Assembly (NCBI GenBank): GCA_051294375.1
Contig: CM119264.1
Span: 20,550,248-20,614,247, forward strand
DNA: 64,000 nucleotides
Source: Paraspadella gotoi
Lineage: Eukaryota; Animalia; Chaetognatha
Direction: 5' to 3'
Positions 1 through 64,000 of the stretch are shown here, one piece after another; the first letter of the stretch is position 1, and every line of letters starts with the position of its first letter. The notes beneath the pieces were generated by a model. That model was not told the DNA's origin and searched no databases. It saw nothing but the letters and a program-made list of their open reading frames with translations. The translations under genes were made by a program, and so were the position numbers.

Positions 1-1049
1 GTTTCTTTTTCAACCCAATTTGAACTATTAAATAATAATAATCAAATTTTATTGGATAAACTTTCGTGACTCGAAACTAAGTTTGTTTTCATTTTTGGCT
101 CGTGCACTTTATTTGCAAAAGAGAAATTTGAAAAAAGATCCAATATTATGGAAAAAGTCAGAAGTTTATCAACATTTCCTTGAAAAAAAATTAAACGAAA
201 AAAGAATGAAAAATAAAGCAGATTAGTGAAAATTAGTTACATTCTTCTTTTAGTAACTATAGTTAAAATGAATATCGAATTTTCCAAACGTAAATAAATG
301 AAGTGCACTTACCCGCTGCAACCTCTGCGTCCCTCGCGGACCTCCATCGACTCAGATGGGTCAGAGGCCTCCTCGACATCCGCCTCGACGACCTCGTCGG
401 CTCCAAAAGAAGTCGGCGTCCATCTCCGCCGTCGAGTGACATAAATACTTTTTTTGCGAGTGGTATTTTTTATTTTGTTTCCCGTTAAAAAAATGTTTCG
501 TGATTATTTTTTGTTTAAAAAATAAAAAATTATCGGACCCCTTTTAAAACAAGGGGCCCTTTCAGCCAGTCATTTTATGTTGTTGCGATGAAACGAAAAA
601 AAAGAGCAAATCAGTCAGTCAAAAAAAATTTGGACCGATAAAATTTTTTGTTGTGATCGAGAGCTGCCTCCGTCTATATCGATGGTCGACCGACGGAATG
701 AATCTGTCTCAGTCTCTCCACCGGAAGTGGGAAGCTGTTGCGCCTCTCCCTCTCTCTGTCACACGAGCTGCAGGATTACACGGATGGAGAGCGAGCGACG
801 AAAGACATAGGGAGGCAAGAGCGCTCGGTGGCACTAGGCCACTCAGTCACCGGCACGCGGTCTCCGCGCGTGCGGGCGAGATGGCATCGGAGGAGGAGGA
901 AGGGGAGTGGGAAGAAGAAGAGAAGGAAGAGGAGGGGATTTTCTGCGCGAGCGAAGCGTGTTATGAGGCCAGAGGTAATTTGAGAACGACAGCGAAGGGA
1001 AGGGGGAAGAAGAGGAAGAGGGGGAGGAGGAGGCGCTAATGTAAAGTTT

Positions 1050-1084
<35 letters not shown>

Positions 1085-2073
1085 AGCAAATGTAGGTCCA
1101 AATCGCAACGAGAACGACTTTCGTGACGAAGCGAAAAAAAGTCAGTCGGAGGTCGACTTTCGGAGGCGGGGGGCAAGGAGTCGTTGGCCGGGGTGGTGAC
1201 GAGAATGACGTTGAGGGATCAGGGGAATGAAAATAGGTTGCTCACCGTCGCCGTCGGTCGCCTCATGGTGAATCGACCGGCGCCGTAGGGTCTATCCTCC
1301 GCCGGGTGGCGGGAGGAAGGGCGAATGCCTTCGTTACAAATCCCTCCCACTGAGTTGGCGAGGAGGCGAATGTCACGCGAGTCGCTCTTGCGTAAAGAGG
1401 CTCGCCATAGTTCTTGGCTGGCGCCGTAAATTTGGAAGGAGTATCAGCCTACTATTGCAGAACCTTCTTCCCCAACGCCTTCTCGATTGCTTCGGCATCT
1501 CCAATGCCTTTTCCATCGGTATCTTCATTGCCTTCCCCATCAACTTCTCCATCTCTAATCTCTTCTCAACTCGCCTCTCATCCTCCCGCAACCATCCCAT
1601 CCCCGGATTCTCTCCGTAAGAATTGTTTCGGTCAAATTCATCCGTCGTTTAATTTCAGCAAAATCGTTGTTTTTGTTTTTTTTTTTTTTTTTTTTTTAGT
1701 TTTTGTTGTTGTTGTTGTCATGGAGGGTGATAGCGATGAGTGAAGCTCGAATACATCATCTTCGTTTGTAACAAATAGAAAAAGTGCTTTGTCGCTGAAC
1801 TGATATTCGTTTTTGGTTTTTGCGGTCGGACGAATTATGATAACTAAGAACGAATTAAAATGAGACAAAATTATAAAATAAAAAGAAAAATGCAGTAAAA
1901 CGCAACAAGTGGAAAATTTGAAAGCGATGAGAAAAAAAATTTATTCGCTTCACGAAAAAGCAGCTCGTGAAATATCGCGAGCGAGAGAGAGAGAGCGCGA
2001 GCGAGAAAGAGAGCGAGCGAATGCTGGGGGGCGTAGCGAGGGCCACCGTAGGCATGCTGGATAAAACAACCCA

Positions 2074-2191
<118 letters not shown>

Positions 2192-2558
2192 GTGAGAATA
2201 CATTAGAGAAGGGGCGGAGGGCGTACGAAAGAGGAGGCGGAGGAGGAGGAGGAGAAAAAGGAGGCGGAGGATGAGGAAGAGAAAGGGAATAACTTGTAGA
2301 ACAGCTGCTACAACGCTTTTCTCATCAAACGAAACTAAAAACGAAAATTATAAAAGTATTGAAAATAAATATTATATTAAATTTTAGGAAATATATCAAA
2401 AATAATGGTTGAAAAGCAACAACACCAAGGCCAGAAATACGGGCGATTAATAATAATTATGTATACACAATTCATTTTTTTTTATACTGACAAGTAGAAA
2501 CAATTTGGTCCGAATTCGAAGAATGTTTAAAACGCTGAATGAAAGAATGAAAGATTCG

Positions 2559-2658
<100 letters not shown>

Positions 2659-3346
2659 ATTAAATAATGCAAATAAAGAGCAGGTATAAAAAAATGAAAC
2701 TATTTTTGTGATTAAAAACTATTTTTTAAAAATAGAGAGAGACCTGAAGTGGACCTTTCAAAGGAGACGGCGACAAGAATGACAATCCCTATCGAAGCTC
2801 GCATTTTGTTTCTGACTCGTACTGGTATTTTTTTCATTTTTAAATCTTCATCGGAGATCCCGGATAAAAATTTTAGATTACAATTATTATCATATTTATC
2901 TGAATTACAAACAAAAATCCAGTAGTCATTAGTTCCAAAAGTAACCTAATTGTCCCCTTTTCTCTCTGAAAGGGTTTAACGGGTAATTTTGAACTTAAAA
3001 TTATAACAAAGTTTGAATGCATTTGGCTGAGGTACGTTCAATCTGGAACTCTGAATTTAAAAACCTGAACCACTTGTTTGAGCGATTCTGCGAAGCAGAG
3101 CTGCGCGGAGTGAAACTAGACGAGGAGGAGAAGGAGGAGGAAGGGGAAGAAGAGGAGGAAGAGGAGTAACATCATAACCAGCATTTGTCAAGACTTGCCA
3201 CGTCACCGCAAAAGAAAATTCATTGGCGAGCGAAAGTCAAAAGTGTGAAAAAGGAAAGGAAAGAAAAGAAAGATGTGAAATTAGGACTGACTGAAAGTAA
3301 AATAAATAAACAATTGACTAAATCAAAGAATGAATGAAGGGAAAAA

Positions 3347-3398
<52 letters not shown>

Positions 3399-4421
3399 AT
3401 TTAAAAAAAAAAACGAAAAACAGAACATGATTGAAAGATAGAATGTATAATTGTATATGTGTTAAAAAGAAAACAAAAATGAAACGATCCATAGCGTAAG
3501 AAAAAAATGCATTCGATAAAAATAGCAAACTATATAAAACAGTTTCCGATAAAATTCTTTTTTTCCGCTTTAATTTAATATTTCTGGCGAAAGGCCAATT
3601 CTCCAAAAAGAGTTAAGTCGAGAGTCTCGGCCAGAGATATGCAGGCCCCGAAGTTCGACCGCTTAAAACCAGCTCGCCACGGCGATATGCTAATACTCTC
3701 GATCTATTTCTAATTCTTCTGTCGCCTTGGACAAGAAAGTATATTACTTTCTCTCTCTCACTTACACACTCTCATTTACACACTCTCAGCTTACCACTCT
3801 CTCTCTCTCTCTCTCTCTCCCCTCTCCTCTCTCTCCTCTCTCTCTCTCTCTCTCTCACTTCCTTCAACCTCAAACCATCCACCCCCTTTCCCCTCATTAA
3901 CAATCCATATTTCACGCTCTAATCGCGCACGCGCGCCTCATCCCCGACGCGTTTCTCTTTGAGTTTGCATCCATTTTTTCCTCATTTTCCGACTTCATTT
4001 TCAGCGGGAGAAAAAGTCGCCGTTGTCGCTTTTCATTGCGCGTGCCACGTTGTCACGCCTCTAATTCATCCGGGATGTTTTTATATCCTTAGGTTTCAAT
4101 GCCGCCGTCCGCGACGTTGCCATGGTGATGATGACGAAATTTTAGTATAATATGAAACTATTGACATGATATCATTTTGACTTCATCAAAATCCTCAAGC
4201 CCAAAATTAATGTCTTAATCTTGAATTTTTCCTGAGATTCTTTTTACCCGCATTTGTAAACCTCGCCGCAAATCAGTTCCTCTTCCCCACTCCAACTCTC
4301 TCTTTTTCCCCTCAGCTCGGTCAACCTCTCCCTTTACCTCAGTCACCATCTGCAATCTTCACAAGAATTTCTCATTACACACGCTCCACCGTTAATAAGG
4401 TTAATATTTTTTTATTAAAGG

Positions 4422-4455
<34 letters not shown>

Positions 4456-5212
4456 TTTCTCTCTCGTTTTTTCTCTTTCTCCTCTGACTGTCCCCATTTC
4501 TTATTTTCTACCTCATTATAGCTAAATATCTCTTGTAATAAATGTAATTCTATCTGAAAGCTTTTTGCACCAAAAATATAATGATAAACTACTATCTAGA
4601 AAAAAAGTATATGACATAATTCATTTATTCAATAAAAAGTATATAAAACATAGGTAAAACATCATAATAAAATTCTCAATATTTGGTATACCCTTCCTCG
4701 GCATAACTACTGCCTGCCTTTATCTGGGTATGCTTTTATACAGCAAATTGAGGTATGACAGTGAAATTTTTTTTTACATCTTTAACGCAATTCTGCGCAG
4801 CCTCGATATAAATGTTGCGTATCTTTCCCTCTTTTCTGAGAGCTATAATAATTCTTTTTTAAACCAGAAAGAGGTGCAAGGCCTTTAGCATTGCCAAATT
4901 AAAAAAATATTAAAAAAATAATTAACTATTTAAAATAAAAACAAATAACTAAATATGAAAAATGGTGGAAAATTTTTTTTTTTCGCCATTTTTTATTTGA
5001 AGTTATATTATTTTTTTGCCTGTAACTTTTAAATGATTTGACCTACAAAAGATAGAAGGAAGCTCCTGAAAGAAAATTAAATATAGATTTAGAAACATTC
5101 AGATTTTTTTAAAATTAAATAAGTTTTCGAGTAGATATCTTTTATTAAAAATGTCATATACTTTTTTCCTAGATTGTATTTCAATCGAAATATCTGTCTC
5201 CGTCATCATTGT

Positions 5213-5243
<31 letters not shown>

Positions 5244-5569
5244 CTCTTAGTCGTCATCATCGTCGCCTGTCGTTTAATTCCCTTCGACCGGTTTTCTCTA
5301 TCAATTTCAGGTTTAAACTTGAAAACCCGTGAGAAGCAAAACTGGAAATTTTCCAAATGCAACAGAAGACTCGAAATTTGGAACCGGTCCAATCTCGCTC
5401 ACCGATAGGTCGGATTGAGAGCTTTCATCAAACGGTTTCACCATTGATACCATTATTATCATAAACCAGTCGTGCGTCCAACGCTCATCAAAACTGTAGC
5501 ATAGTGTGAAAACTTTTTTTCAGAGGAAAACAAATTTTTTATTAGGTTACAAACAACGATTTTTATTTG

Positions 5570-5623
5570 TACAAAACGGACATGTTTCGACTCTAGTGAG
5601 AGGCCATCATCAGCGCTTTTGCA
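5570..5623 (-). ncRNA. Minimal type I hammerhead ribozyme motif in a PLE pLTR-like fragment
   Basis: tgcaaaagcg CTGATGA t ggcctct-cact-agagtc GAAAC AT GTC cgttttgta. Confidence 0.8.
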
Positions 5624-5657
5624 TTTGTGAAATTATGTGAGGGAAAGGCAATAAAGA

Positions 5658-5741
<84 letters not shown>

Positions 5742-5747
5742 GAGAGG

Positions 5748-5789
<42 letters not shown>

Positions 5790-6185
5790 GAGAGAGAGAG
5801 AGAGAGAGTAAGTTTAAATTTTCCAACAAATAATTGTTAAAGGACAGTGGTTAAAGGTGAGGACAGATTTGAGATTAGGCCAGATTAAGTAAGTTTTTTA
5901 TATTCTTTAATTTCCAAGAAGAATTGAAAATGAGGTCTTCGTTATATGTTTTTATAAGCTACTTTATAAATTTGAGAAAATTTCTATTGAACAACAATAT
6001 CTTGGGAAAAAAAACACCTCATTACGATGAGTTGATGAGTTGTTGAGTTGTTAACTTTGAATCAACTCGAAAGGTCAGACAAATCATAATCCTTCTTGTT
6101 TTATGCCACGTCAGTCGACGCAGACGTAAATAAAACAAAGTGAGGCGAGAGAGAGAGAGTGAAATAAACTCATCGCGAAAAAGTT

Positions 6186-6230
<45 letters not shown>

Positions 6231-6503
6231 CTTCCTCCTCTCATAGAAAATGGACGAGCATATCTTCGATCATTTTCCTTTCCTCTCTTCAATTCTATGC
6301 CCCTCCCACGCAACCTCCAACTTTTCTCCATTTCTTCCCTCTCATTCCTCTGCTTTCTTCCTTTTTCTCTTCCTCCGTTTCCTCTCTCCCTTTCCCCCTC
6401 GACTCAGCGCACGAGTCGTGCAGCCGTATTATCATAAGTACGCGCTGAAAATGCCTTTCTGGCAGAAATCGGAATCCGCAGCGCTCGGTTGAAGAGGCTG
6501 CAA

Positions 6504-6632
<129 letters not shown>

Positions 6633-7138
6633 AAAAAAAACGTGTGCCTGAAATTTGCAGCAAAGAACGCTCATGGCTTATGTCAACCTAAGGGGGGAGG
6701 CAAGGAGAGATCTACAGACAAATAAAATTATTTTTCCTTTCATAAGACATTAGTAGTACTATTAAGTAGAACTATTAATTAAAAAACTTAAAAAAATAAT
6801 AGGTACAATAGAATTGTAAAAAAGTCCTAAAAAAATTTAAATTATATAAAAACATAAATGGAAAAACAAATTTAGTCTGAAAGTAACAAAAACTGGTTGA
6901 GGTTCACTTTCGACGGGGGGCAGTCGAAGTTTTTTCGCTGACCACCGGTTCCGATGGGAAATCCGCAAAGCAACCTCACGCCAAAGACCCATTCCCATAA
7001 AACGGTTGTACCTTTTGATTTTATCGGAAAAACCCATGCGCCTCAACTTTTTTTAGAACAAAGAAGTTGAAAATTACTGGTATTTATTTTGTCCATAACC
7101 TAGTGAAAGCGTTTTTTTAAAGTTTGCATAGTATCATG

Positions 7139-7177
<39 letters not shown>

Positions 7178-7594
7178 TCTCTATCTTTTAACGTCTTTTA
7201 ACGTTTTGACGATGTGTCTGATTATACTATATACAATTAAACATGTCACATGTTCCTCGTCACCCATATTTCAATTTATAAAAGCGAAAACTAACAAAAG
7301 AACAGCAGCATAATATTTTCTCTCCTGATTTACTTTCTGATTTTTTCGCTTGGAGATGGAGAAAAGGGGGGAAATCCAATAACACTAAAACTGTGAATTG
7401 ACAACGACGACGACGACGACCATGGTAACGAAGATGAGAACAGAAAAAAAATTGTGTAAAAAAGAAACATATGGTAAGTTTCTTGGCGAAGAAGGTTTTA
7501 AAAGAGAGGGAGGATGAAGGAGAAAGAAAGAAAGTGAACATGAGAGTTATAAACTGTGACTGAATCAAACCAATGTCCAGAAAGGAAGGAAGAG

Positions 7595-7700
<106 letters not shown>

Positions 7701-7896
7701 CGAGTGAAAAAATACACTCTCTCTACCTTAGAAACGAACATAATTAATCTTAAATATTAAATATTCATAATCAACATCGAGACGGTCAGACAAATTTCTT
7801 GCAATATTTTTCCTCCGAAACTTGAGAATGACGTTATAATGACGTCGCGATGCCACGTCATTTCGCAGGTGAATAAGGGGGAGATACGGCATCGGT

Positions 7897-7992
<96 letters not shown>

Positions 7993-8592
7993 AAGAGAGA
8001 GAGCTCCAGAAAGTCGGCCATAAGGCTGATCTCGGTTCATATGGAACAACGAGTAGAAGAGAAAGCAAGAAAAAAGAGGAAAAATAAGAGAAAAAAGACA
8101 TAAAATCTCTTGTGACGAAATCAATGTGGGCGGAAAATCGGGCCAGATGGCGAGGGCGTTGTTTCGGATTTAACGCTACATATTCACTATGTTTTGATAT
8201 AACAATTTAATTAACACAATCTAATAAGCTTTTGTTCCTTAAATATTAGGTAGAGGCTTAGTAAAAAGAATACGAAAAGCCAAGATCAAGGACGCAGCCA
8301 AAGACACAATTGAGACACAGAATTGCGGAGATAATTGAATCTGTCACAAGTGACATAGTTTCTCACGAAATAACTAGACTCGATTCTTCACAAACTCTTT
8401 CTAAATTAACTAAATCGATTCAACTATTATAAAAATTATTCCCTCATACAATAAATAAGCTTTGCTCAGGTTAACGATGAAGATATCAAAATATTAATCA
8501 AATGCAAATAATAAATTCGAGGAATTAAAAAAGATAGAGAAATCGACACGAATTGGATGAACAGAAGCGAAGGAGAAAGTGAATCAACTCAC

Positions 8593-63126
<54,534 letters not shown>

Positions 63127-64000
63127 CTTTAAAAATAAAAGGAAGCAATAATTTAATCTTTATTAAAGACGTAGTAAATATAAATCTACGGCCGTAGAGG
63201 GTAGAAAAGTTTTGATATATCTTAGTTATCTTTGTGACATATACATCATGATAAGCCTACAATTCCGCAATCATATTATTTTTCCTTAAAACAATTTCTT
63301 CCTTTTAATCAAAGATTAAAATTTTCATTAAATAACACATCCTTTTCGTGGCCGAGATATGCAATAATTGTATATGAATAACGGTAAATCAAATGAGTGT
63401 AGAAGCTTTAAAACCTTGCGAAGCCGAAGGCGTCGGTTAAGCTGTTAACGACAAATGCATTAGTTAATATGGGTAAAGCGAGGGACAACAAAAAAAGTGA
63501 TTGATTCATAATTTAATGTTGGAGTTAATGACTTCATTTAAAACTTTATTAATTAACCAACCACAGGGGTTGGGAGTCTCCATTATCATAAACGGAAACC
63601 CTTAAAGCTCACTACCGGTAAAGAAAAATCGAAACTGTTAGGCTAATATTAAATTTAATTACTTTTTAATCGAGACTAAGATATTTTTGATTAAATAAAG
63701 AAAGACTGATTCAAAATGTCTCTCTGTGATAATTTACCTGTTCACTGATAATTCTCTTTGATGGCGTAAAACGAATTTACGTTCATTTAATAAAAATGTA
63801 CACACCCACTATTATTAATCGCTAAGGTATGCAAAAAACGATTAAACGATGCTGTGAAATCGTCAAAAAATACACACCCGGCGTGAAAAAAATATAGTAC
63901 ATAGAATGACACTTAAGCACACTCGAACTCATTTGTTTACTACCTTAATAGGCTAATCTCATGAAAAAAAATTAGAGAAGTAACAGGACGAATTTTATTA

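Overview
AT-rich invertebrate (animal) genomic scaffold with abundant (GA)n microsatellites and five N-gaps. The window lies inside one large minus-strand multiplexin (collagen XV/XVIII-type) gene. I traced 26 exons from the end of the TSPN/LamG domain (~63.1 kb) through interrupted Gly-X-Y blocks and the trimerisation domain to endostatin (8.6-9.1 kb); the first exons and the last endostatin exon were not found in the window. A further 1.4-kb exon (36198-37601) may give a TSPN-less, possibly membrane-anchored isoform. Three complete spliced genes are nested in its introns: a 219-aa SAM-dependent methyltransferase with an unusual LCWPP motif (13088-14210, +), a 190-aa secreted discoidin/F5-8C-like protein (17237-18800, +) and a very divergent 459-aa innexin (52057-54209, -). 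The introns also hold a 5'-truncated Penelope-like (GIY-YIG) retroelement with inverted terminal repeats and seven minimal type I hammerhead ribozyme motifs. Three tiny insertions (140-225 bp) flanked by target-site duplications share a ~40-nt tail; two carry a hammerhead and two are hairpins. Other repeats include a Helentron/HINE-like array, a three-copy tRNA-derived structured repeat and TTAA-flanked TIR elements. All calls were made by eye; no database search was run.
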